The notes: generated by a model not told the origin, from the sequence alone. DNA of 35,950 bases from a virus (IMGVR_UViG_3300020045_002214:1-35950), one strand, 5' to 3'. Positions 18,158-26,789 are shown, numbered from the stretch's first letter. A program made the numbers and translations.

Positions 18158-18354
18158 ACCGATCCGAATCATCGACCCGCTACGGGCGGGTGTATGTGAA
18201 CCTGAACCTACTCGAATCTATACTGAACATAATCCGAAACCGAAATGAACCGACCGAATACAAGATCGCACCGCGCATCTGGAGAACGATCTTTCCCGAT
18301 GGATCAGCGCAAGAACGTATGTACCGATATTGGGACGATACAACAGTTCTATAA
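18154..18354 (+). CDS. Hypothetical protein
   Basis: ATGA-coupled start at 18154. Confidence 0.5.
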   Translation: MNRSESSTRYGRVYVNLNLLESILNIIRNRNEPTEYKIAPRIWRTIFPDGSAQERMYRYWDDTTVL

Positions 18355-18514
18355 AGACTATGGTATGGTTGCATCGCCCAGAGCGTTGGAGTATCTCTGG
18401 TCTCAGTATTTCGAGGCTATCGACCGTGAGTATTACAATTATCAACAGTACCGCTCGAACGTAACTAAATGGCGTAACTTAGCCCGCCGGATGGACTTAA
18501 TCGTAAACGGATGA
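18299..18514 (+). CDS. Hypothetical protein
   Basis: Stop overlaps the next ATG; start uncertain (18245 or 18299). Confidence 0.5.
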   Translation: MDQRKNVCTDIGTIQQFYKDYGMVASPRALEYLWSQYFEAIDREYYNYQQYRSNVTKWRNLARRMDLIVNG

Positions 18515-19332
18515 TAATAGCATGGTGGTCTGGAGGTGTAACATCAGCGGTAGCTTGTTGGCTTTCGATTCAATTGTTGGGTATAGACAATGTACGCATA
18601 GTTTTTATTGATACGTACAATGAAGATGAAGATACTTACCGTTTTAAGCATGATTGTGAGTTGTGGTATGGTAAACAAATAGAATCACTATCGAATAGCA
18701 AATATCAAAGTATTCAAGAAGTCTGGCTTAAACATAAAAGCCTAAACGTAGCACATGGTGCAATATGCTCAAGTGAACTTAAAAGAGCTGTACGAGAGAA
18801 GTTTCAAAAAGAAAATGAGTATAAATATCAGGTATTTGGATTTGATATTGACGAGCCAAAAAGAGCTAAAGCCATGACATTAAATTACCCGAAAGCAAAC
18901 CCCATTTATCCTTTATTAATGTTTGGATATTCTAAAAAGCATTGCATTGAATTGTTAAACAATCACGGTATAGAAATACCTACCGCTTATAAGTTGGGGT
19001 TTAATAATAATAACTGCTTGAATACTGGATGTGTTCAAGGCGGTATAGGATACTGGCAAAAGATGCAACGAGAGTTTCCTGATAAGTTTAATAAGATGGC
19101 TGATATGGAACATAAATTAACAGACCTTAAAGGTAAGCCCGTTACAATGTTAAAAGATCAGAAGTCAGGACTTTTAGTATTTTTGAAGCCGCATAAAGAT
19201 TATCCGTATTACAAGGACATATCTATGATGAAAGGACGCGAGCCTAAACCATTAACAGATTGTAATGGATTTTGCGGTATCAATGACTTAGAGCCTATCC
19301 ATCCAACCCAATCAGAATTAAACTTCGACTAA
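18511..19332 (+). CDS. PAPS-reductase-like (PP-loop) protein
   Basis: WWSGGVTSAVA PP-loop, CSSELKR, YKLGFNNNNC..GC, CNGFC. Confidence 0.8.
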   Translation: MIIAWWSGGVTSAVACWLSIQLLGIDNVRIVFIDTYNEDEDTYRFKHDCELWYGKQIESLSNSKYQSIQEVWLKHKSLNVAHGAICSSELKRAVREKFQKENEYKYQVFGFDIDEPKRAKAMTLNYPKANPIYPLLMFGYSKKHCIELLNNHGIEIPTAYKLGFNNNNCLNTGCVQGGIGYWQKMQREFPDKFNKMADMEHKLTDLKGKPVTMLKDQKSGLLVFLKPHKDYPYYKDISMMKGREPKPLTDCNGFCGINDLEPIHPTQSELNFD

Positions 19333-19335
19333 CGG

Positions 19336-19761
19336 ATGACCCTGAAAGACCTACAAGAACTGAAACACGCGGACAAGTGCGCTCGAACAACACTACCTCA
19401 ATCGTATGTACCTATGACGAAATACTCTGATACGACCGCGAACGGACTGACTACGGCGATAGTTGATTTCATCCGACTGACCGGAGGTTATGCAGACCGG
19501 ATCAACAACACCGGGATAATGCGTAACGGTAAATGGACGCGGTCAGGCACACGCAAAGGAATCGCCGATATTATGGCGGGCAAACCGATCCAGGTAGGTG
19601 ATAGAACGGTCAGTGTAACCGTAGCCATTGAGGTCAAGATCGGAAAGGATCGGCAGTCAGACGATCAGAAGAAGATCGAAGCGGAGGTAGTCAAGGCCGG
19701 CGGCTTTTATATTATTGCAAGGAATTGGGATGGATTTTATAACGAATGGGAAAAGATATGA
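19336..19761 (+). CDS. VRR-NUC / PD-(D/E)XK nuclease (resolvase-like)
   Basis: KGIADIMA...AIEVKIGKDRQSDDQK...GGFYIIAR. Confidence 0.85.
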   Translation: MTLKDLQELKHADKCARTTLPQSYVPMTKYSDTTANGLTTAIVDFIRLTGGYADRINNTGIMRNGKWTRSGTRKGIADIMAGKPIQVGDRTVSVTVAIEVKIGKDRQSDDQKKIEAEVVKAGGFYIIARNWDGFYNEWEKI

Positions 19762-20042
19762 ATAGCAAAGACTGTATAAGAATAGGTAGTAGTAGATACG
19801 GAAAGGTAAGAAGGATGTACTCAGGTTTTGACTGGTTTAATAATAATCAATATGTAGTATTAAAGTATGATGGTCAAAAATTAAGGTTCATAAAGTGTTA
19901 TTTAGAAATTCCCAAAAATGCCTTTAAAATTATTAACGGTGCTGCAAGTTTTGGTGCAGATATACCTGAAGGTGTTTATGAAATTATTCACGAAGAATCA
20001 AATGAAGATGAACTAATTGCTTACCTGTCAGACCATGCCTAA
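19758..20042 (+). CDS. Hypothetical protein (AT-rich)
   Basis: ATGA-coupled ORF. Confidence 0.55.
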   Translation: MNSKDCIRIGSSRYGKVRRMYSGFDWFNNNQYVVLKYDGQKLRFIKCYLEIPKNAFKIINGAASFGADIPEGVYEIIHEESNEDELIAYLSDHA

Positions 20043-20757
20043 CCCCTACCAGTCCCGTTTCAACCTCATCATGTCCGACCCGCTCAATGCGATGATACCG
20101 CGTGTATCGGGTGCGGGCGATTGTACCGATGGAATTATTACGATGCATAACGGACTGAAGGTGTACGATCAGTCGTACTATCAGAGTTTCAGCGATATAT
20201 TGAAGCTGAACGGAGGCGTACACGAGCCATCAGAGGAATACGTATTCGGTAAGATCATCGAGCGTTATCGAGGCCGTTCGCCCGTGATGGTCGAACTCGG
20301 ATCGTACTGGGCGTTCTATTCGATGTGGATGAAGCAGGTCGCACCGGAGGCACAGACGATATGTATTGATGTTGACCCTGAGTGCTTGCAGATCGGAATG
20401 AAACACTACGACCTAAACGGGTTCGGAGGGTTGTTTAAGCAAGATCGCATCGGCTCATCCGGTGTACCCGTATCCGGTCGAATAGACTTGCTCCATTGCG
20501 ATATTCAGGGCGATGAGGTCGAAATGCTACGGGCTGAAGGGGGTCGGTTCAACCGGTCGATGATAGACTATGTGTTTCTGTCAACCCATACCCTGACAAA
20601 GCACAACCAATGTACCGATTTGTTAATTCAGTACGATTATCATATCATTGCAGAAGTCGATCCGGCTCATACGTTCTGCGAGGATGGAATCATTGTGGCC
20701 AGTTCGCCGATGATTGAGCCGGTGAGATTTGAACTACCTAAACGTAACCTTATATGA
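20035..20757 (+). CDS. FkbM-like SAM-dependent methyltransferase
   Basis: MVELGSYWAFYS motif I; IDLLHCDIQGDEVEML; VFLSTH. Confidence 0.8.
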   Translation: MPNPYQSRFNLIMSDPLNAMIPRVSGAGDCTDGIITMHNGLKVYDQSYYQSFSDILKLNGGVHEPSEEYVFGKIIERYRGRSPVMVELGSYWAFYSMWMKQVAPEAQTICIDVDPECLQIGMKHYDLNGFGGLFKQDRIGSSGVPVSGRIDLLHCDIQGDEVEMLRAEGGRFNRSMIDYVFLSTHTLTKHNQCTDLLIQYDYHIIAEVDPAHTFCEDGIIVASSPMIEPVRFELPKRNLI

Positions 20758-21158
20758 AACAACTAACCCTACTCCTACTGTTGCTGACTACAAGTGTATC
20801 GGCACAGAATTTAATCGGTCTGAAGAAACTTGATGTAGTCGAATATATACAAGAGAAGCGACCTACGTCAGTCCCACAATGGAAGAAGACGAACAAAGGT
20901 GCTGATTACGTATCGTATGACGTTACTGATATACGTAACGATGCGTACTATTTTAATGAGGATGCGATCTGCGTAGCGTATATGTCAACCTACACGGACT
21001 ATGACTATCTGAATGCGGTAATTGAACTGCTTAATAAGAACTTTACAATCTATCCTGACAAGTGGATCGACTATAACGAATCGATTGATTACGTATGGAC
21101 TATTGACCGTCAGGATGGATTCTTTGCCGTCATCGTTGGAATCGAAGCTATACACTAA
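20754..21158 (+). CDS. Secreted protein
   Basis: Signal peptide MKQLTLLLLLLTTSVSA/Q (Bacteroidota Gln rule). Confidence 0.7.
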   Translation: MKQLTLLLLLLTTSVSAQNLIGLKKLDVVEYIQEKRPTSVPQWKKTNKGADYVSYDVTDIRNDAYYFNEDAICVAYMSTYTDYDYLNAVIELLNKNFTIYPDKWIDYNESIDYVWTIDRQDGFFAVIVGIEAIH

Positions 21159-21169
21159 ACCCTAACCCC

Positions 21170-21400
21170 ATGCTAACCACCAACATTACCGATCTGTGCC
21201 AGATGGCCACAGACCAAGAGCTCAACATGATCCGCTCCGTTGCATCGAACCATATCAAGTGGAGGCGGGAGCACAGGAAAGAACTGAACGAGGCGAATGT
21301 TACCGGCCTATGTCGATGCGGTGCTACTATACACCATCAGGCTAACCCGCTCCGTGATCGCGGCTACATGATCGGAATCGAATGCGATCAGTGTAGATGA
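21170..21400 (+). CDS. Small Zn-ribbon-like protein
   Basis: CRC...CDQC. Confidence 0.55.
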   Translation: MLTTNITDLCQMATDQELNMIRSVASNHIKWRREHRKELNEANVTGLCRCGATIHHQANPLRDRGYMIGIECDQCR

Positions 21401-22032
21401 GAGCGTTGATAGCCTGCGAAGAAAGCCAGGCGGTTACTATCGAATTACGTAAGTTAGGCGTGGAGGCGTTTAGCTGCGACATTCAGCCATGCAGCGGCGG
21501 TCATCCGGAATGGCACTATCAGAAAGATGTATTCGAGGTAATTGATCTTGGATGGGATTTAATGATAGCCTTTCCACCTTGTACGCATTTGGTGGTTAGC
21601 GGTGCAGCTTGGTTCGAGCAGAAGCGCAAAGATGGCCGGCAGCAGGAAGGTATTGATTTCTTTATGCGATTTACTCAGACTAATATTAAACATTGGGCTA
21701 TTGAGAATCCGGTAGGTATAATGAGTAAAATATATCGTAAGCCGGACCAGATAATTCAGCCGTATTATTTTGGTGATAAATCGCGTAAGACTACTTGTTT
21801 ATGGTTAAATAATTTACCTTCGCTATATCACAATCAATCCGGTAATTTATTTGACGATAAAGTAACGCACGTTAAGCCTGATTTAATAACTTATAAGAAC
21901 GGTAAAACATTTAGTGCAGATTATTCAATCGCATGGCCATCACCTGAACGCGGCAAACTACGATCTAAAACATATCCAGGCATAGCTAAAGCAATGGCAG
22001 TCCAGTGGACTGAATACTTACAACAACCTTAA
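21397..22032 (+). CDS. Compact DNA (cytosine-5) methyltransferase-like protein
   Basis: ALIACEES, SCDI, AFPPC (catalytic PC), IENPVG, KTTCLWL, RSKTYPGIAKAMA. Confidence 0.85.
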   Translation: MRALIACEESQAVTIELRKLGVEAFSCDIQPCSGGHPEWHYQKDVFEVIDLGWDLMIAFPPCTHLVVSGAAWFEQKRKDGRQQEGIDFFMRFTQTNIKHWAIENPVGIMSKIYRKPDQIIQPYYFGDKSRKTTCLWLNNLPSLYHNQSGNLFDDKVTHVKPDLITYKNGKTFSADYSIAWPSPERGKLRSKTYPGIAKAMAVQWTEYLQQP

Positions 22033-22041
22033 CCACCCCGA

Positions 22042-24390
22042 ATGATTACGATTTTCCCCAGTCTATTCAAGCTGAACAGTCCGACCCTGATCGAGCCGAG
22101 CGATGTGATCGAACGGATACGGCACGGGTCGCAGCATACGCGGAATATCATTGACGAACTCAGATCAACCAACGATCCGGTTCAGATCAAGCGGCTCAAA
22201 GAATCGCTACCGGTTTATCTTTGGTCAGGCGAATTCAACCACCGATCCGCTGCCGGTTGCCTTGCTCATTCAGGTCTGATCTGTCTGGACTTTGACGATG
22301 AGGTCAAGGCGAATGTGATCGGTAACCCGTATGTGTATATCGCTTTCCTCAGTCCGACAGGTACGGGGGTGAAGGCAATAGTCCGAATCCCTCCGATCAT
22401 TGAGCAGCACGAGCGGCATTTTAGAGCGTTGCAGGAATATTTCAATCTGCCTACGCTTGACAATGGAGGCGATCTACCCCGCAGTTGTTTCGATTCGATT
22501 GATCCTGAGATATACGTCAACGAGAATGCTCCGATCTTCATCGCTGAGGAAGGTGACGAGCCGCTTGCGTCCGGCTCGCAGACGTACTTTCCGGTTACTG
22601 ATGAGCATGAGATAATCCAACGTATTAAGACATGGCTTGACCGCCGCAAGACCTTTGCAACCGGAGGCCGAAACAGTTACATTCATTCCTTCTGTGCTGC
22701 TATGAATCGGTTCGGCGTAAGTCGATCAAGTGCTGAATCGGTTGCGCTCAGTTACGCATCGAAAGACTTCGGAGAGCGTGAGATATTAGCGGTGGTGAAG
22801 TCTGCCTACGGTAATACCGCTCAGACGGGTACAGCGGTATTTGAGAATGTCCGCACCCTGAACAGTTTCAAGATTCAGAAACAGATGGGAGTGCCGGATG
22901 AGAAGCTGATAGCTGAAGCGAAGCAGAAAGGCTTAAAACCCGTTCAAGCGATGAACCTGATCGCATCGCTCGAATCGGGCAAGACAATTACAAAGTTCTG
23001 GACTGTTATAGAACGCCCGAACGACAAGCTACAGATCGACTTCAACTATCATTTGATGTTTATGTGGCTCAGTCAGCAGGGGTTCTACCGGTATAAGTTA
23101 GCAGAGGATACGATTATACTGATTCGTAAGACGAACAATATCATATCGCTCTGTGACCGAACCGATATAATCGACTGTATCAATAACTACATGAAGCGGC
23201 TACTACCGGCTGACCCGCAGATGAACGCGGTACTGCAATCGTTCACGACTAAGGCGAGGCAGTTGGTTCACCCCGATCAGTTAATGTTCTTGGACTACTG
23301 CGAACCTGAATGGATCGAAGATAGGCGGGATGAGGGGTATTTCTTCTTTCAGAACCACGCGGTCAAGGTTACCAAGAAACGAATCGAATCCATCGAATAC
23401 TCTGAACTACCTGGATGTATCTGGTCACGTCAGATTCTATCGCGCCCGATCAGTATCAACGAGAATGTAGCGTGTGAATACGAACGGTTTATATCATTGG
23501 TCAGTTGCGGTCAGTACCCACCCGATCAGCACCAGATGCAGAACTATATGGCTCTATGTAGTATTATCGGTTATATGCTGCATAACTATAAGGATAAGAA
23601 CAAGAGCCGCGCGATAGTCCTAACCGATGAGGCCATATCGGACTTTGCTGAAGGCGGTACGGGTAAGGGTGTTTTCGTTCAGGGTCTGCGCGAGATGAAA
23701 CGGTTAGCGTTTATTGATGGTAAGAACTTTAAGTTCGATAAGGCTTTCCTATGGCAGTCGCTCAGTATCGATACGCAGATCGTTTGGATGGATGACGTGA
23801 AGAAAGATTTTAACTTCGATCAGTTGTTTGCTGTGTTGACTTCCGGTATTGAAATTGAGAAAAAGAATAAGAACCCGTTCTTTATTCCTTATGAGCGAAG
23901 TCCGAAGTTTATCATTACATCGAACTATTCGATCAAGGGCGATGGCAATTCGATTGACCGCCGGAAGCACGAAATGGAGTTCAAGCAGTATTTCAACAAG
24001 TCGCACACGCCAGAAGAAGAATTCGGACATATTCTGTACGATGATTGGGATTCGGACGAATGGAATAAATTTTATAACTTTATGTTCGATTGTTTTCAGT
24101 ACTACCTGAACAATGGACTTGTAGCGGCTGAGAATAAGAACCTATCTTTTAAGAAGCTACTGCACCAGTCTTGTCAGGATTGGATTGACTGGTGCGATAT
24201 GAATATAACGTGTACGATGAGCAGGGCAAAGGCAGACATTCACAATCAGTTCGTATCGGACAATCCCGATTACAACAAAGTCAAGATCAATACCACTACG
24301 AAGTGGTTAGAAATGTACTGTAAATACAAAGGCTATCAGATCGAACACGTCACAGAGAATAGACAACGAATGGTAAGGATAATAGTATGA
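22042..24390 (+). CDS. Primase-helicase (VirE_N/BT4734-like + PriCT + SF3-type P-loop ATPase)
   Basis: KESLP...SGEF...HSGLICLDFD...SPTGTGVK; GGRNSYIHSF (PriCT); Walker A GGTGKG, Walker B WMDD, ITSN, RR finger. Confidence 0.88.
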   Translation: MITIFPSLFKLNSPTLIEPSDVIERIRHGSQHTRNIIDELRSTNDPVQIKRLKESLPVYLWSGEFNHRSAAGCLAHSGLICLDFDDEVKANVIGNPYVYIAFLSPTGTGVKAIVRIPPIIEQHERHFRALQEYFNLPTLDNGGDLPRSCFDSIDPEIYVNENAPIFIAEEGDEPLASGSQTYFPVTDEHEIIQRIKTWLDRRKTFATGGRNSYIHSFCAAMNRFGVSRSSAESVALSYASKDFGEREILAVVKSAYGNTAQTGTAVFENVRTLNSFKIQKQMGVPDEKLIAEAKQKGLKPVQAMNLIASLESGKTITKFWTVIERPNDKLQIDFNYHLMFMWLSQQGFYRYKLAEDTIILIRKTNNIISLCDRTDIIDCINNYMKRLLPADPQMNAVLQSFTTKARQLVHPDQLMFLDYCEPEWIEDRRDEGYFFFQNHAVKVTKKRIESIEYSELPGCIWSRQILSRPISINENVACEYERFISLVSCGQYPPDQHQMQNYMALCSIIGYMLHNYKDKNKSRAIVLTDEAISDFAEGGTGKGVFVQGLREMKRLAFIDGKNFKFDKAFLWQSLSIDTQIVWMDDVKKDFNFDQLFAVLTSGIEIEKKNKNPFFIPYERSPKFIITSNYSIKGDGNSIDRRKHEMEFKQYFNKSHTPEEEFGHILYDDWDSDEWNKFYNFMFDCFQYYLNNGLVAAENKNLSFKKLLHQSCQDWIDWCDMNITCTMSRAKADIHNQFVSDNPDYNKVKINTTTKWLEMYCKYKGYQIEHVTENRQRMVRIIV

Positions 24391-24632
24391 GCGATAAGAA
24401 CTGGACATCACCGTTTGCACCCATAGACATGGTCAACTCACCTCCACATTATACTGATGGTGGTATTGAAACAATTGATTATATACGTGCAAAATTAACA
24501 CCTGAAGAATATCGGGGATACTTACGCGGTAGTATATTAAAATATTCAAGCAGGGCGGGTAAGAAGCAGAACGAAGCTGAGGATTATAAAAAGGCTAAGT
24601 GGTATTTGGATAAACTAATCGAAACGATATGA
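24387..24632 (+). CDS. DUF3310-family protein
   Basis: DMVNSPPHYTDGGIETIDYI...G..LKY..RAGKK...ED.KKAKWYL. Confidence 0.88.
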   Translation: MSDKNWTSPFAPIDMVNSPPHYTDGGIETIDYIRAKLTPEEYRGYLRGSILKYSSRAGKKQNEAEDYKKAKWYLDKLIETI

Positions 24633-24853
24633 ATAATGTTAGCGATAAAGTAATTGATTTTGCATTGAATGTAATAGCTTGGCCATTGTTATTATTTGAA
24701 AAGATCAACAGCAAATTGATAAAAGCTATTTTATTTGTACCTATGCTTTTTGCAATGCTGATAAATTTATTTATAGGCGGTGCATTTGCTTTACCCATAC
24801 TATTTATAGGGGTACTAATTAATATGTTTGAACTAACGGTACTCAACAAATGA
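24629..24853 (+). CDS. Small membrane protein
   Basis: Highly hydrophobic and AT-rich. Confidence 0.55.
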   Translation: MNNVSDKVIDFALNVIAWPLLLFEKINSKLIKAILFVPMLFAMLINLFIGGAFALPILFIGVLINMFELTVLNK

Positions 24854-25173
24854 CCCCGCTCGAACTATATCTCATCGAATCAGGCTACACCCGTTACAAA
24901 CCCAATGGGATGCCTGCAAAAGATACGGATACATACAGTACAATGGGAGCATTGTGGTTTGATTACGTTCGGGGAGACAAGTCGTACCGTATCGGATTGC
25001 ATGAACGGGGTAAGCCGCCTACGTTGATTAGTCCGAGGCCAAATATTGTACGGGGTCGAATGGTAATGGCTGAATTATACGATGACAATATGAATATCGT
25101 ACTTGCCCGATACACACCAAAAGAGTTAATTGAACTGATTGAATCTGGCGAAACGATTACTATCTTTGAGTAG
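24850..25173 (+). CDS. Hypothetical protein (last gene of the plus-strand operon)
   Basis: Coupled ORF followed by a terminator. Confidence 0.65.
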   Translation: MTPLELYLIESGYTRYKPNGMPAKDTDTYSTMGALWFDYVRGDKSYRIGLHERGKPPTLISPRPNIVRGRMVMAELYDDNMNIVLARYTPKELIELIESGETITIFE

Positions 25174-25195
25174 GTTTATGTTAAGGGTTGTTGTT

Positions 25196-25227
25196 AGCAG
25201 GGGGCAGGGGTGTCCCCTGCTTTGTTT
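25196..25227 (+). terminator. Intrinsic terminator
   Basis: AGCAGGGG...CCCCTGCT followed by TTGTTT, just after the operon end. Confidence 0.75.
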
Positions 25228-25409
25228 CTCCTCCACAACGAAGCAGTACACGGATATGCAGTACCGTTAGTCCTCCACAATGTATTAGTATTATGCTTTA
25301 AGAACGAGGCAAAACAGCGTATTCCGCTTACTTTGTAAGCTACTCAATCCGCTTGTTTTTGCCTCGGCAAGTCGCAACCTTTAAGGCTTGTCGCTACAAG
25401 TTAGAACCT

Positions 25410-25522
25410 GAGTAACATAAAATGAGTTATAATCGGGGGTCGCTTAGTGTTTTTTGCGCCTTCAGCGCACCTCTTTATGGAAATCTTGACCCCCGAAATT
25501 ATAACTCGATATTATGTTAAAT
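25410..25522. other. Inverted pair of dif/XerCD-like sites
   Basis: Plus 25494-25522: CGAAATTATAA-ctcgata-TTATGTTAAAT (XerD arm identical to E. coli dif). Minus 25437-25410: CCCGATTATAA-ctcatt-TTATGTTACTC. Confidence 0.6.
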
Positions 25523-25621
25523 AGAACCCAAAGTGAAACGGTGTTTCCCTTTAGGTTCTCAGTACCGATAGGCATCACTTGTAAGAGATTTCAAGTGATG
25601 CAGGGATAGAAAAATGTTTTA

Positions 25622-25629
25622 TATCTTTG
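25622..25629 (+). promoter_or_regulatory. -7 promoter box upstream of the small hydrophobic ORF
   Basis: TATCTTTG; no clear -33 TTTG. Confidence 0.5.
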
Positions 25630-25652
25630 TCGCTTGACCGGCTGATCACAAT

Positions 25653-25684
25653 AAAAAAAGGTAAGCGTTGGAGCGCTCACCTTT
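25653..25684 (-). terminator. Intrinsic terminator on the minus strand
   Basis: AAAGGTGAGCG-ctccaa-CGCTTACCTTTTTTT; the G-U pair forms only on the minus strand. Confidence 0.7.
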
Positions 25685-25736
25685 AATAAATAGCAGCAAA
25701 ACAGTGCTTTAATGCTTACAATTAAAACCTCTTACA

Positions 25737-25835
25737 ATGAGACTAACACTCAAAGTAAAGGCTACTGTTTCAGCTGCGGTCAAAATAGACTTCATCCAAG
25801 TTACAATAGCCGTTATGGTACTTTTAACTAAGTAA
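25737..25835 (+). CDS. 32-aa hydrophobic peptide, type I toxin-like
   Basis: MRLTLKVKATVSAAVKIDFIQVTIAVMVLLTK*; A-rich leader with A at -3. Confidence 0.55.
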   Translation: MRLTLKVKATVSAAVKIDFIQVTIAVMVLLTK

Positions 25836-25923
25836 CCATCCCGCCTTAACCGCATCGAAATCCTCTCGCCTCTCTTCGCTCGGACGGATTTCTTGCGGAC
25901 GGTTGCGACTTGTTTTCATATGG

Positions 25924-25954
25924 CAAATATACAAACTATTCTGAAACTACCAAA
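25924..25954 (-). promoter_or_regulatory. Bacteroidota primary-sigma promoter firing leftward
   Basis: Minus strand TTTG (25954-25951), 19 nt, TATATTTG (25931-25924). Confidence 0.8.
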
Positions 25955-26272
25955 TCAATCATGCCACTCAACCAGACCATTATCCCCTACTGTACTGATT
26001 GCGAAGTTAACCCCGATTGACTTTATAATCGGTAGTATCCCTGCCCATTCGCCTACGGTGTAGCAGTCCTTCAGGAGCAATACTACCGGCTGCTTACTCT
26101 GTTCGATCAGTATCATCTGATCTATGAAGTCCGGATTGTTATAATCGAGTAACACTAACCGCTTATCGGCTGACCGATCCGAAAGGAACGCTTTGAGATC
26201 ATCGAATGATGGGTAGTAAATCTTTGAAGCGAAGCAGTACTTATGCAGTACGCAGTCAAAATCGGATACCAT
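25955..26272 (-). CDS. Hypothetical protein
   Basis: Last ORF of the late minus-strand operon. Confidence 0.6.
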   Translation of the reverse strand: MVSDFDCVLHKYCFASKIYYPSFDDLKAFLSDRSADKRLVLLDYNNPDFIDQMILIEQSKQPVVLLLKDCYTVGEWAGILPIIKSIGVNFAISTVGDNGLVEWHD

Positions 26273-26789
26273 AGCCTATTGAGATTGATTTGTTGTAAAG
26301 ATTATAACCGCCCGTTATCACCGATCTATCCCGCAAGTACTGACCCTGAACCGTTACTGACCTTTCGCCCGTGTCGTATATTCCTGACAATGCGAACGGG
26401 AGAGGTCGGCATCGTTCTCGAATGGTATCGGTTCGGTGGGTGTGAATCGTAGGGATTTGGTACGATACACGTTGTGCGAGGAGATACCCCCGAACGGTAT
26501 CGGTAACCTCAATGCTAACATTGCCAGAATCAATACGATTGCGATACACGCGGATAGAATCAATACCGGCAGACAAGTCAGCCAAAAGAAGAGTTTCAGG
26601 AGTAGCGAGTACCGCATATGGCATAGGTTTATAACGTACAACTGTATCGCGTTGGTAGGTCAGAACTGTATCGGTTCGACCACGAATATACTCAGTCTTA
26701 CCGATAGGATCAGGAGAGCAGGAGCGGAACAGTAGTACTGTGAGTAGTACACCGATTCCGAACCATATGACCTGATCGTGCCGAATCAT
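26256..26789 (-). CDS. Putative spanin-like lysis protein
   Basis: N-terminal TM with FRS-C, repeated DT motifs, C-terminal amphipathic beta strands ending GYGIRF; downstream of the endolysin. Confidence 0.5.
   Translation of the reverse strand: MIRHDQVIWFGIGVLLTVLLFRSCSPDPIGKTEYIRGRTDTVLTYQRDTVVRYKPMPYAVLATPETLLLADLSAGIDSIRVYRNRIDSGNVSIEVTDTVRGYLLAQRVSYQIPTIHTHRTDTIRERCRPLPFALSGIYDTGERSVTVQGQYLRDRSVITGGYNLYNKSISIGYGIRF

Larger units (their letters stand above)
25305..25917 (-). ncRNA. Candidate large structured ncRNA or folded ssDNA element
   Basis: 12-bp closing helix 25368-25379/25901-25912, nested helix 25381-25387/25843-25849 and at least seven local hairpins; promoter directly upstream on the minus strand. 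Confidence 0.55.

Noticed and set aside
25368-25912. Retron msr-msd, tmRNA, RNase P or group I/II intron
   Set aside because: Terminal inverted repeats are present, but there is no RT gene and I see no tRNA-like end, RNase P or intron catalytic motifs.
25824-25919. 31-aa minus-strand ORF MKTSRNRPQEIRPSEERREDFDAVKAGWLLS
   Set aside because: The ATG sits at the predicted transcription start and the ORF lies within strong stems; not called, although a leaderless peptide cannot be excluded.
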